Shown here: positions 1 to 8,619 of the stretch, piece after piece
Numbering within the stretch: position 1 is the stretch's first letter
How the letters are laid out: every line of letters starts with the position of its first letter
DNA from: a bacterium
GTDB taxonomy: Bacteria > CALINM01
Assembly: GCA_041640455.1 (NCBI GenBank)
Contig: JBEQAF010000046.1
Coordinates: 1 to 16,053, forward strand
Direction: 5' to 3'
Length of the DNA stretch: 16,053 bases
The notes under the pieces: generated by a model
The model's input: only the letters and a program-made list of their open reading frames with translations
The model's database searches: none
Told to the model about the DNA's origin: nothing
Made by a program: the position numbers and the translations under genes

Positions 1-844
1 CATACTCATTAATTTTATATCCCAGATCCTTTGCAATGCCTCTAAGCTTTACATTATGCTGCTTTGAGCCCGTAAAATACTGAAGGCAGGCACCAAAAGA
101 CCTCTCCTCTACCACCCTGATATCTGACTGCAAGCCATTTAACAATATAACCGAGCCTTTAGTGTCCCCCTCTGATATTACCTCTTTTATCTCCTCAAGC
201 TTTGTAAAATCACTTATAATTTTTTTGCCATCAGAGCCAGCTACCTCAATGTCCACATCCCCGATGGTCTCTTTCATTCTTCTAAAACTACCTGCCACCT
301 CTGCCCTTACTACTCCTTTAATACTTTTTACCTTTTTTATAAGCTGTGTAATATCTTCATAAACAAGCCCGATGGGATGTCTATAGGTGGCTTCCTTTGT
401 TCTCATAAGCCCTTTTAATATGTTCTCCTCCTTCTTGGGACCGAATCCAGGTAGTTTCTGAACCAGCTTATCCTCACATGCCTTTACAAGCTCGTCAAAG
501 CTGGTAATATGAAGTTTCTCATAAAGGGTTTTCAAGCTCCTGGGACCTATACCGGGAATTTTGAGAAGTTCAAGAATCCCCTGAGGAATTTTTAACTTAA
601 TCTCCTCATAATAAAGGATTCTGCCAGTGTTTAAAAACTCCTCAACCTTTGATAAAATGCTCTCTCCGATACCTCTTATCTCAGCCAGATTGCCTGATCT
701 GAAAAGCACCTCAATATCGTCAGGAAGACCATAAATAATCTGAGCCGCCCTTTTATAGCTTCTGACCTTGAAGGGATTTTCTCCCATAAAATCCAGAATA
801 TCACCTATTTCATCAAAAATTCTGGAAAGCTCATAATTTTTCAT
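1..844 (-). CDS. polX: DNA polymerase X family (PolX, probably PolX-PHP), 5' part; gene continues beyond the left edge
   Basis: Absent from the ORF track because it is open at the edge. Manual translation from ATG at 844: MKNYELSRIFDEIGDILDFMGENPFKVRSYKRAAQ...IRGIGESI...LLKIPGIGPRS...AGSFRRMKETIGDVDIEV...NGLQSDIRVV...LQYFTGSKQHNVKLR. HhH motifs, GSxRR, DxD and the third catalytic Asp are present. Confidence 0.93.
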   Translation of the reverse strand, partial: MKNYELSRIFDEIGDILDFMGENPFKVRSYKRAAQIIYGLPDDIEVLFRSGNLAEIRGIGESILSKVEEFLNTGRILYYEEIKLKIPQGILELLKIPGIGPRSLKTLYEKLHITSFDELVKACEDKLVQKLPGFGPKKEENILKGLMRTKEATYRHPIGLVYEDITQLIKKVKSIKGVVRAEVAGSFRRMKETIGDVDIEVAGSDGKKIISDFTKLEEIKEVISEGDTKGSVILLNGLQSDIRVVEERSFGACLQYFTGSKQHNVKLRGIAKDLGYKINEY

Positions 845-852
845 AAAAGGAC

Positions 853-2742
853 TTATCTACCCCTTAGTTTTCTGCCATCCTGAACTCTTATGGTGAACTT
901 TATGGAATCGAGATATTCCAGCAAAGGTATTATATATTTTCTTGAAAGATTAAATATTTCTCTCATATCCTGTGGGGTCAGGATATCCTTTCGGGAAAAA
1001 TGATCTAAGATAGCTGATTTTAGTTTTTCGAGAGATTTCTGATGGATTACGTAGCCTTCCTTGATTTTAACAAGTATGCCCTTTTTTACCATACTGCTTA
1101 TGGCATCCTTAAGAGTATTTTCTTTTTCATTTAGCAAACGGGCTATCTCTGCAATATTCTCTTCAGGTTGGAGCTCCCACTTTAAAAACAGAGCTTCAAT
1201 CCTTTTTATCAGCTCATCGGTATTATCTGAAGAGCTGGCACCCTTAATCTTTACAATGTCATCAAGTATCTCAATCTTTTTCTCTTCCATCAGCTGCTTT
1301 AGAGATAGTTCAAAAAGTCCTTCTCTAACGGCAGATTTTTCAAAAAGCTCTCTCTTTCCCATACCTATCTTCATTGGGGATCGTTGATGGAACTCGGTCA
1401 GCTCTCGTTCTATAGCGTTTTTTATCTCCTCTACTGTGCTTCTGTGATGATATCTCCCTTTCTCATCAAAGAAGATAATACGGTTATTTATGAGATTTTC
1501 AATTATAACCTTCAGCTCTTCTTCTGACATGTTCAACATAGCGCACAGATTTCTGGACGTGATACCTTCAATCCCTTCTTCTCTGATAAAAATCTCAACA
1601 AGATTTTTTGTATCAGATGTGAGTATGGTAGAGAGAAACTCCCCACTTATTTTTCGGTCAATCATTTTAAGATTGGGGATAAGGATTTTTCCACCACCAA
1701 GCGTAGTGTAAATACCGAAGCCTCTTATTATAAAAGGGTCACCATATGAAGCCACCACTGGCTTTTTTAACCTTATTAACACAAAAGCCTTTTCTCCAGG
1801 GTTTAACTGATCTCTATCTATTAAAAATATCTCTCCTTCCACCCTTCTGGTGTAGATATGAAACTGACTAATAAATCTTGCTTTCAGAGGTTTCTGGTTG
1901 TAAGGCAGATAATGGATATAAGCGGCAAGCTTATCGGTGGTTTCAAAAAAACCCTCCTTTACAATCATCATCCCCCGTTCTATGTCGCTTCGTTCTATTT
2001 CAGGCAGATTAATGGCTATACGTTCTCCTGCGAATCCTTTTTCTACTTGTTTGCCGTGGGTCTGCATGCTTCTTACCCTTGATCTGATACCTATGGGCAA
2101 AATCTGAATATCTTCCTTAACAGAAAGAGTTCCCGATATGACCGTACCTCTTACCACCGTGCCAAATCCCTTTATTATCATTATGTCATCAATGGGGAGT
2201 CTGAAAGGTCTATCAGCTGGTTTTTCATATATCTCCTCTGATATGCTGGTTAGAGCCTGAACGAAATCTTTAATCCCTTCACCTGTAACCGAAGATACGG
2301 CTATAATCGGAGCGTTTTCAAGGAATGTGCCTTTTACAAAGTCTTTAATATCCTCTATCTGCAGCTGAAGTAGCTCATCATCTATGAGGTCTTTTTTGGT
2401 AATTACAATAATCCCCTTTTTTACCCCCAGCAGCTCACAGATATAAAGATGTTCTCTGGTCTGAGGTTTAATCCCCTCATCACCTGCAATGATGAAGGCA
2501 ACCACATCAATTCCGGATGCCCCGGCAACCATTTTGCTCACAAATCGCTCATGACCTGGTACATCCACTATCCCTACCTTTATATCATTAGGAAGATTGA
2601 GAATAGCATAACCTAACTCAATGGTGATGCCTCTTTGTTTTTCCTCTTTAAGTCTGTCGCAGTCTATGCCTGTCAGGGCTTTGATAAAGGTAGTTTTTCC
2701 ATGATCTATGTGACCTGCGGTTCCCAGTATAATTCTCTTCAT
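853..2742 (-). CDS. selB: Selenocysteine-specific translation elongation factor SelB
   Basis: G-domain motifs GTAGHIDHGKT, RGITIELG, DVPGHERF and TKKD. The 629-aa length and the C-terminal winged-helix motif SRKYIIPLLEYLD match the SECIS-binding domain. Confidence 0.97.
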   Translation of the reverse strand: MKRIILGTAGHIDHGKTTFIKALTGIDCDRLKEEKQRGITIELGYAILNLPNDIKVGIVDVPGHERFVSKMVAGASGIDVVAFIIAGDEGIKPQTREHLYICELLGVKKGIIVITKKDLIDDELLQLQIEDIKDFVKGTFLENAPIIAVSSVTGEGIKDFVQALTSISEEIYEKPADRPFRLPIDDIMIIKGFGTVVRGTVISGTLSVKEDIQILPIGIRSRVRSMQTHGKQVEKGFAGERIAINLPEIERSDIERGMMIVKEGFFETTDKLAAYIHYLPYNQKPLKARFISQFHIYTRRVEGEIFLIDRDQLNPGEKAFVLIRLKKPVVASYGDPFIIRGFGIYTTLGGGKILIPNLKMIDRKISGEFLSTILTSDTKNLVEIFIREEGIEGITSRNLCAMLNMSEEELKVIIENLINNRIIFFDEKGRYHHRSTVEEIKNAIERELTEFHQRSPMKIGMGKRELFEKSAVREGLFELSLKQLMEEKKIEILDDIVKIKGASSSDNTDELIKRIEALFLKWELQPEENIAEIARLLNEKENTLKDAISSMVKKGILVKIKEGYVIHQKSLEKLKSAILDHFSRKDILTPQDMREIFNLSRKYIIPLLEYLDSIKFTIRVQDGRKLRGR

Positions 2743-2774
2743 AGTATCCTTAAATAAAAGGTTTTTTTTCCATA

Positions 2775-2804
2775 ATTTTAGAATTTTAAAGCGCCTTTTT
2801 TCAA
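2775..2804 (-). promoter_or_regulatory. Candidate sigma70 promoter for selB-polX
   Basis: Minus strand reads TTGAAA-18 nt-TAAAAT, about 30 nt upstream of the selB ATG. The AT-rich context lowers specificity. Confidence 0.4.
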
Positions 2805-2812
2805 TCTATATT

Positions 2813-2855
2813 TTTGACTAATATCAAAGAAAAGACTATAGATAAGAGATATGAT
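2813..2855 (+). promoter_or_regulatory. CRP/FNR-family binding site with -10 element (class II promoter geometry)
   Basis: TTGAC-TAAT-ATCAA at 2814-2827 has one mismatch to the FNR consensus TTGAT-N4-ATCAA. TATGAT at 2850-2855 places the site centre at -41.5. Confidence 0.65.
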
Positions 2856-2883
2856 AAAATTAAAAGAAATAAGGAGGCTAAAA

Positions 2884-3594
2884 ATGATAAGAAAAATAAT
2901 AGAGATTGATGAAGAGAAATGTACAGGCTGTGGGCTCTGCATAACAGGATGTGCAGAAGGAGCATTGCAGTTAGTTAACGGAAAGGCAAAGCTTGTTAAG
3001 GAAAGCTATTGTGATGGCCTCGGTGCATGCATAGGCGAATGCCCTGAGGGGGCTTTAAAGATTGTGGAAAGGGAAGCGATGCCATTCAGCGAGGAAGAGG
3101 TACACCAGCACCTTAAAGAACTAAATGAGAAGAAAAGTGAGCTCCCATGTGGTTGCCCTGGAAGCTCTGTGAGAAATTTTGAACCCTGTCCAGTACCGGA
3201 GAGAGAGTCTGTTGATGAAATTAATTTGAAAAGTCAGCTTACCCACTGGCCTGTTCAGTTAACCCTTGTTCCGCCCACCGCCCCATTTTTCCAGGGGAAA
3301 GAGCTTGTGGTTACTGCCCAGTGCGTACCAATAGCCTATGCAGATTTTCATAACTCCTTTCTAAAAAACAGAGCTGTCGTAATCGCCTGTCCCAAGCTTG
3401 ACAACTTTAACGCCCATCTTGCAAAGCTGACCGATATTTTCAGACTTTCGGATATCAAAAAGGTTATAATAGCTCACATGGAGGTTCCTTGCTGTTTTGG
3501 ATTGGTTCATATGGTTCACAAAGCCTTAGAGGCTTCTGGAAAAAATATACCTGTAGAAGAAGTAAATATTAGCGTTAGGGGAGAAATAATTTAG
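2884..3594 (+). CDS. 2x[4Fe-4S] ferredoxin-domain protein with Cys-containing C-terminal domain
   Basis: Motifs CTGCGLCITGCA and CDGLGACIGECP, then CGCPGS, WPVQL, ACPKLD and MEVPCC. Start moved from 2851 to 2884 because AGGAGG lies at 2872-2877. Confidence 0.85.
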   Translation: MIRKIIEIDEEKCTGCGLCITGCAEGALQLVNGKAKLVKESYCDGLGACIGECPEGALKIVEREAMPFSEEEVHQHLKELNEKKSELPCGCPGSSVRNFEPCPVPERESVDEINLKSQLTHWPVQLTLVPPTAPFFQGKELVVTAQCVPIAYADFHNSFLKNRAVVIACPKLDNFNAHLAKLTDIFRLSDIKKVIIAHMEVPCCFGLVHMVHKALEASGKNIPVEEVNISVRGEII

Positions 3595-3605
3595 CAGGAG
3601 GTTTT

Positions 3606-4061
3606 ATGGCAAGATGTCCAGGTCAGGATACCCAGTTTTGGAAATACGATGCCATATATGATATAAAATGCCCCCAGTGTGGAGGCGATGTAGAGTTTTT
3701 CAAAGATGAGGTTACCCATAGGTGCAAAAATTGTGGGGCTCAGGTATTAAATGAAAAGATGGATCTGGCATGCCTTAAATGGTGCCCTCAAGCAGAACAG
3801 TGTGTGGGACCTGAGAGATACAGAGCTGTTTTGCAGGAAAAGGAGCTTGAAGAGAGAAGAAAAGCCGATTTTGAGAAACTACTCAGTCTTATACCTGCAG
3901 ATGAGCTTGAGATAAGAAAGATCTTTAAAGAGCTTTTCTATAAAAACAAGGATCTGACCAGGCTTTTTGACACAAATGAGCTTTTCTACCTAAAAGAGAA
4001 AGATGAAAAGCTATTTGAAAAATGCACCCACTATTATCAGAAATTTATTAGCGAGAGATAA
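3606..4061 (+). CDS. Hypothetical Cys-rich (zinc-ribbon-like) protein
   Basis: AGGAGG RBS at 3596-3601. Motifs CPGQD, CPQCG, CKNCG and CLKWCPQAEQC, followed by a charged helical C-terminus. Lies 11 nt after the ferredoxin gene. Confidence 0.75.
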   Translation: MARCPGQDTQFWKYDAIYDIKCPQCGGDVEFFKDEVTHRCKNCGAQVLNEKMDLACLKWCPQAEQCVGPERYRAVLQEKELEERRKADFEKLLSLIPADELEIRKIFKELFYKNKDLTRLFDTNELFYLKEKDEKLFEKCTHYYQKFISER

Positions 4062-5271
4062 AGTTTTGCTGGTATTCCCTCACCTTTCTTGCAAAGGCTT
4101 TACCAAACTCAAAACATCGTTCCTCATCCTGAATTGAGGGTCTATATTTTACCTCTATCCCTGGCTCAAAGAGCTCAAGCCCTATTTTTTTAATAACCTC
4201 ATTGATCTCCTTAACAGCTCCGCCTGCCCAGCCGTAGCTTCCGAAGGCACCCATAATTCTGTTTTTCGGTCTAAGCCCCCTTAGATAATCCATAAACTGC
4301 ATTACTGGTGGAAAAGCCAGATTATTCAAAGTGGGTGCACCAACAAGAGTTCCTCGTGACTTCCAGAATTCTGTAATTACAATGCTCAAAGGTGTAGCTC
4401 TCAGCTTGAGCACTTTGCAGTCAATACCCTCACTTCTTACCCCCTGAGCTATTGAGTAGGTCATATGTTCTGTGCTGTTCCACATGGTATCATAGACTAT
4501 TAAAACCTTTTCATCAGCCTTGCCGTTTGCCATGTCAAGATACATATTTATTACTTTGTTTACATGCTTTCTCCAGATTATCCCATGGTCAGGGGCTATC
4601 ATATCTATCTCAACTCCCATCTTTTGCAGCTCTTCAATCTTGGGCTTGATGATAAAGCCAAAGGGCATAAGTATATTGGCATAATAATCCCATATTGCAT
4701 CTTCCAGAAGCCATTCGTTATTGTTTTCCACAAACTCATCATCAAACCTCTCAGTAGATGCCAGATGCTGTCCGAAAGCGTCCTGACTTATCAGGAGTTT
4801 ATCTTCCTTTACATAGGTGATCATAGAATCAGGCCAGTGCATCATGGGCGTTTCTATGAACATAAGGGTTTTTTTGCCACTGTTTAGAGTATGCCCTGTT
4901 TTCACAACCACTATCTCCCATTTTGAAAGATCAAAAAACCTTTCAAGCCCTTCCTTGCCTTTCTGAGTAATATATATTTTGGCTTTCGGGCATAGCTCCA
5001 TAATCTTGTCAAGAGCTGTGGCATGGTCATTCTCAATATGATTGATCACCACATGTTTAATCATTGACGGATCTATAAGCTGTCTGATATTTTTGATAGT
5101 TATCTCAGAAAAGTTATATTTTACTGTATCTACCAGAACTGGTTCCTGATCGATAATGAGATAATTGTTGTAAGTGGTGCCCCTTGGAGTCTGGTAACCA
5201 TGAAAGTCCCTGATAGCCCAGTCAATAGCTCCTACCCAGTGGATATCTGGTTTTATTTCAACAGGTTTCAT
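4048..5271 (-). CDS. fprA: Flavodiiron protein (FprA/A-type flavoprotein; O2/NO reductase family)
   Basis: Metallo-beta-lactamase di-iron ligands HIENDH, HWPDS, SQDAFGQH and APDHG. C-terminal flavodoxin domain (YDTMWNST, GAPTLN, GSYGW). GGAGG RBS upstream. Confidence 0.93.
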   Translation of the reverse strand: MKPVEIKPDIHWVGAIDWAIRDFHGYQTPRGTTYNNYLIIDQEPVLVDTVKYNFSEITIKNIRQLIDPSMIKHVVINHIENDHATALDKIMELCPKAKIYITQKGKEGLERFFDLSKWEIVVVKTGHTLNSGKKTLMFIETPMMHWPDSMITYVKEDKLLISQDAFGQHLASTERFDDEFVENNNEWLLEDAIWDYYANILMPFGFIIKPKIEELQKMGVEIDMIAPDHGIIWRKHVNKVINMYLDMANGKADEKVLIVYDTMWNSTEHMTYSIAQGVRSEGIDCKVLKLRATPLSIVITEFWKSRGTLVGAPTLNNLAFPPVMQFMDYLRGLRPKNRIMGAFGSYGWAGGAVKEINEVIKKIGLELFEPGIEVKYRPSIQDEERCFEFGKAFARKVREYQQNFISR

Positions 5272-5294
5272 AAATCCCTCCTTTTTTTGATTAA

Positions 5295-5313
5295 TAAATT
5301 ATAGCATAATTTA
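5295..5313 (-). promoter_or_regulatory. Extended -10 promoter of fprA inside an 8-3-8 inverted repeat
   Basis: Minus strand TGCTATAAT at 5306-5298. Plus strand TAAATTAT-AGC-ATAATTTA is a perfect inverted repeat. Confidence 0.55.
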
Positions 5314-5389
5314 AATTTTATTAGAATAATTGGCAAAGCTTAATCATAATATATTGCTTAGTTACAAAAAAAAAATTATACTTTTCCTA

Positions 5390-6211
5390 ATGAAAAAAAT
5401 TGGTCTCGCTTTGTCCGGGGGCGGCGTAAGAGCCTATGCCCATCTTGGGCTTTTAAGCAATCTCAGTTTAGCCAAAATTCCTATCCAGATAGTTGCCGGT
5501 GCGAGCGCTGGGGCTGTAATAGGAGCCTGTTACTGTGCCGATATTAGTCTTGATCTGGTAAAAAACAGACTGAAAAAATACTCCCTTTTCAGATATTTAA
5601 AACCCATACTTCCTTTTTACAGTCTATCAAATTTTAAGAAGGTAACAGAAAAATTTTCCATACTCGGTATTCCCGAAAGATTTGAGGATCTTAAAACGCC
5701 TCTTATAGTGGTCGCCTCCGATTTAAAAACCAGAAGCCCGGTATATTTTAACAGTGGAAGTCTATGGGATGCGCTCCTGGCAAGCATTGCCCTGCCTCCT
5801 CTATTCCCGCCAATAAGAATGGGGCATATGTATCTGGTAGATGGTGGTATTACAAAAAACCTGCCAGTTTCGATACTTAAGGAGCATCATGTAGATTTTG
5901 TAATAGCCTCTGATGTAAATAGCTCTTCAAGGAAATATCCGAACCCCTCAAACATTATTCAGGTCGCTTACGAGTCGATAACATTAATAGTACAGATAGC
6001 CACAGAACCAGAAAGAGCTCTGGCAGATTTTATAGTTGATATTGATATGACAGAGGTAGGTTTTCTTGATTTCAAAAAAAGAGAAGAGGTGATAAATTAT
6101 TCCTATAAAAGCACTTATCAAAGAGTAATGGAATTAAAAAAAATTCTGGAGGAGAAAGGTTATGTACAGAGCGGGGGTATGGGATCACTTTTCGTCAGCC
6201 CATTATCTTAG
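5390..6211 (+). CDS. Patatin-like phospholipase (NTE/RssA-like)
   Basis: Motifs LALSGGGVRA, GASAG (GxSxG), ASIALP and LVDGG. ATG at 5390 (MKKIGLAL) is preferred to the TTG at 5330. Confidence 0.9.
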   Translation: MKKIGLALSGGGVRAYAHLGLLSNLSLAKIPIQIVAGASAGAVIGACYCADISLDLVKNRLKKYSLFRYLKPILPFYSLSNFKKVTEKFSILGIPERFEDLKTPLIVVASDLKTRSPVYFNSGSLWDALLASIALPPLFPPIRMGHMYLVDGGITKNLPVSILKEHHVDFVIASDVNSSSRKYPNPSNIIQVAYESITLIVQIATEPERALADFIVDIDMTEVGFLDFKKREEVINYSYKSTYQRVMELKKILEEKGYVQSGGMGSLFVSPLS

Positions 6212-6533
6212 GAACTATCAGGGAAAATGTGAAAATCTTCATGGTCACAACTGGAAAGTAGAGCTGGTTGTGAAAGGAGAGACCCTTGATAAGTCAGGCA
6301 TGTTGATTGATTTCGGGATTTTAAAGAGATATCTGAAAGAGGTGCTGGACATATTAGATCATAAATGTATAAACGAAGAGATAGATTTTTTTAAAGTAGA
6401 AAGCCCCTCTTCGGAAAATCTTGCCAGATTTATATTCAGCGAGCTGTCTCTTAGATTAAAAGACTACGGAGTTTGCATAGACTACGTAAAGGTCTTTGAA
6501 TCAGAAAACTCCTTTGCCATATATTCTGAATAA
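6162..6533 (+). CDS. queD: 6-carboxy-5,6,7,8-tetrahydropterin synthase QueD
   Basis: Motifs FSSAH, CENLHGHNW (CxxxHGH), GMLIDF, LDH, SSENLA and terminal VFESE; 123 aa. Confidence 0.93.
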   Translation: MYRAGVWDHFSSAHYLRNYQGKCENLHGHNWKVELVVKGETLDKSGMLIDFGILKRYLKEVLDILDHKCINEEIDFFKVESPSSENLARFIFSELSLRLKDYGVCIDYVKVFESENSFAIYSE

Positions 6534-6543
6534 AGGGGGGTAG

Positions 6544-7344
6544 ATGAAGGAGATTTTAAAGGACGTACAGAACGAACCAGATGCGAGAAGGCTTGAGATA
6601 CAAAGGGTTGGCATAAAAGGGATTAAATATCCCATCTATGTACTTGATAAACTCAATAAATATCAGCACACCATAGCCACAATTGAGATAGGTGTTGACC
6701 TGCCTCACCATTTTAAGGGCACTCATATGAGCAGGTTTATTGAGATTATCAACTCTTACAGGACGGGTATTGCGGTCAAAAATTTTAAGGAGATTCTGAT
6801 GGCAATAAAGACCAGACTTCATGCCAAGTCATCATATCTTGCCATTGAGTTTCCTTATTTTATTGAAAAAAAAGCACCTGTTACCAAATCAAAAAGCCTT
6901 ATGTCCTATAACTGTATTTTTTCCGGGACGCTTGGAGATAGCTTTGACTTTTTTCTTGAGGTAAATGTACCAGTTACAACCGTATGCCCCTGTTCAAAAT
7001 CTATCAGCTCTGAGGGTGCTCACAATCAGCGAGGAAACGTGAAAGTTAAGACAAGGTCAGAAGGGCTTGTCTGGATTGAGGATATTGTTCAGATTGTTGA
7101 AAGCTCAGCAAGCTGTGATATCTTTGCTATATTGAAAAGGGCAGACGAGAAGTATGTGACCGAAAAGGCTTTTTCAAATCCCATGTTTGTGGAAGATGTG
7201 GTCAGAGAGGTTGCCCTGAGACTTATGGAAGACAGGAAAATAAGCTGGTTCTCTGTTGAGGCGGAGAACTTTGAAAGCATTCATAATCATAACGCCTATG
7301 CCTATATAGAAAGAAAAAGAGATGGCTTCGGCAGATTTGTGTGA
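6544..7344 (+). CDS. folE2: GTP cyclohydrolase I type B (FolE2)
   Basis: Motifs DVQ, RVGI, KGTHMSRF, TTVCPCSK, GAHNQR, LKRADEKYVTE, NPMFVEDVVR and ESIHNHNA. Confidence 0.95.
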   Translation: MKEILKDVQNEPDARRLEIQRVGIKGIKYPIYVLDKLNKYQHTIATIEIGVDLPHHFKGTHMSRFIEIINSYRTGIAVKNFKEILMAIKTRLHAKSSYLAIEFPYFIEKKAPVTKSKSLMSYNCIFSGTLGDSFDFFLEVNVPVTTVCPCSKSISSEGAHNQRGNVKVKTRSEGLVWIEDIVQIVESSASCDIFAILKRADEKYVTEKAFSNPMFVEDVVREVALRLMEDRKISWFSVEAENFESIHNHNAYAYIERKRDGFGRFV

Positions 7345-8053
7345 AGTTTTTACTTCCATACAGGGAGAAGGTCTTTTTGCAGGGAAAAAACAGATATTTG
7401 TAAGATTTTCTGGCTGCAATCTTAACTGTGATTACTGCGATACATCCTACGCAAGAGACTATCAAGGCGATGCGCTCTTTGAAAATGCCCCCTTTTCCGG
7501 AATTTTTATAAAAGAAAGAAATCCCACCCCGCCTTTCAGATTAAAAAGTTACATTGACCTATATTTTCGGATGGATCCTTCCATCCACAGCATTTCTTTG
7601 ACAGGCGGTGAACCGCTGATATATGCTGAGTTTATCAGATTTTATCTTGAGTCATACAAGGAAAACAGAGTTTTTCATCTCGAAACAAACGGAACCCTTT
7701 ATAATGAGCTCTCAGAAATTATTGATTTTATAGATTTTATTTCTATGGATATAAAGGTTAATTTTTTTGACAGCCAAAACTTTGTAAACATGCAAAGAGA
7801 TTTTTTGAAAATTGCTGTCAAAAAGCCCATACAGATTAAAATTGTAATATTTTCAGACATTGAGGAGAGCAGATTTAATAAAGCCATAGATCTCATTTCT
7901 CAGATTGACCCAGAAATACCTATCATATTACAACCCGAGTCAAAAAACTTTAAAGATCACAAAATGTTAGCAAGGCTATACAGCATTGCCTATTCAAGAT
8001 TAAAGGATATCAGGATAATCCCTCAGATTCATTATCTTATGGGCATAAAATAA
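7322..8053 (+). CDS. queE: 7-carboxy-7-deazaguanine synthase QueE (radical SAM)
   Basis: Motifs EVFTSIQGEG, FVRFSGCNLNCDYCDT (CxxxCxxC), SLTGGEP, LETNG, SMDIK, LQP and IPQIH; lies next to queD and folE2. Confidence 0.93.
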   Translation: MASADLCEVFTSIQGEGLFAGKKQIFVRFSGCNLNCDYCDTSYARDYQGDALFENAPFSGIFIKERNPTPPFRLKSYIDLYFRMDPSIHSISLTGGEPLIYAEFIRFYLESYKENRVFHLETNGTLYNELSEIIDFIDFISMDIKVNFFDSQNFVNMQRDFLKIAVKKPIQIKIVIFSDIEESRFNKAIDLISQIDPEIPIILQPESKNFKDHKMLARLYSIAYSRLKDIRIIPQIHYLMGIK

Positions 8054-8093
8054 GTTCTTTCTGAACTCTGGAATGTTATTACTGAGATATCAT

Positions 8094-8283
8094 TCAAAGT
8101 AGTAAAAAAAATACCCCGCTCTTCTCTAAAACCTTTCGCACCAGCTCCCTTGCCTTTATAGCTTCTATCTCCCTCAGTTCATGATATAAACCGCTCATTG
8201 GCTGTTCCTCTTTTATTTCAATAAAATCAAACTGTTTAATATGTCTATACCTATCTGGTCTCAAGCTAAAATTGCTATTGACA
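8094..8283 (-). mobile_element. Probable truncated insertion sequence left end with transposase N-terminal fragment (IS481-like)
   Basis: GAGGA RBS then ATG at 8198 gives MSGLYHELREIEAIKARELVRKVLEKSG. From recall, this resembles the helix before the HTH of some IS481-like transposases; it degenerates and stops at 8094. A TGTCAATAG.. end starts at 8283, and IS481-family ends begin TGT. Confidence 0.45.
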
Positions 8284-8305
8284 TAGCTGCCTATTGTTAT
8301 ATGAT
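8278..8305 (+). promoter_or_regulatory. Candidate sigma70 promoter facing the xre/cas12b locus
   Basis: Perfect TTGACA (8278-8283), 16-nt spacer, TATGAT (8300-8305). Confidence 0.5.
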
Positions 8306-8379
8306 AAATCATCAATTGTGATGCGTTATATGCCCTTTGTTTCTATCAGCTCTCTTTCGAATCCGAAAGGAGAACAACT

Positions 8380-8575
8380 TTGAGTACTCAGTCTGGCATA
8401 TCCCGATTAGTCCTTGATCTCTGGAAACGAGTAAGACTTTCCCAAGGAAAATTTGCGGACAAGCTCGGCTTAACCTACCTAACCCCAAACTGCTGGGAGA
8501 ACGGTTGTGCAAAACCTTCCCCGCTTACAGCACATCAAAGTCCAAGACCTCCAGTCCGCAAGAATAAGTATTTAA
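8380..8575 (+). pseudogene. Degenerate Xre/Cro-family helix-turn-helix regulator
   Basis: LVLDLWKRVRLSQGKFADKLGLTYLTPNCWENGCAKPSPL follows the HTH_3 pattern (L-S/T-Q-xx-F-A-xx-L-G-V-xxx-T-I-N-R-W-E-N-G-xx-K-P-S) with non-conservative changes. AAGGAG RBS and TTG start. The +1 frame (HIKVQDLQSARISI) stops at 8573-8575. Confidence 0.65.
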
Positions 8576-8619
8576 AAAATAAATCACACAAACTCTTTGC
8601 CCTTCGTGAGCGACATCCA

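Noticed and set aside
1..844. PolX as a CRISPR adaptation accessory
   Set aside because: It is 8 kb from the cas genes, apparently co-transcribed with selB, and host-like in composition.
853..8053. Selenoprotein genes (in-frame TGA) or selC/selA near selB
   Set aside because: Neighbouring host genes appear full length and end in TAA/TAG, except folE2, whose TGA lies after its last conserved motif. No tRNA-Sec-like structure was recognised.
6162..8053. dpd-type 7-deazaguanine DNA modification island
   Set aside because: No dpdA/tgt-like or queC gene in the window, and the composition matches the housekeeping flank.
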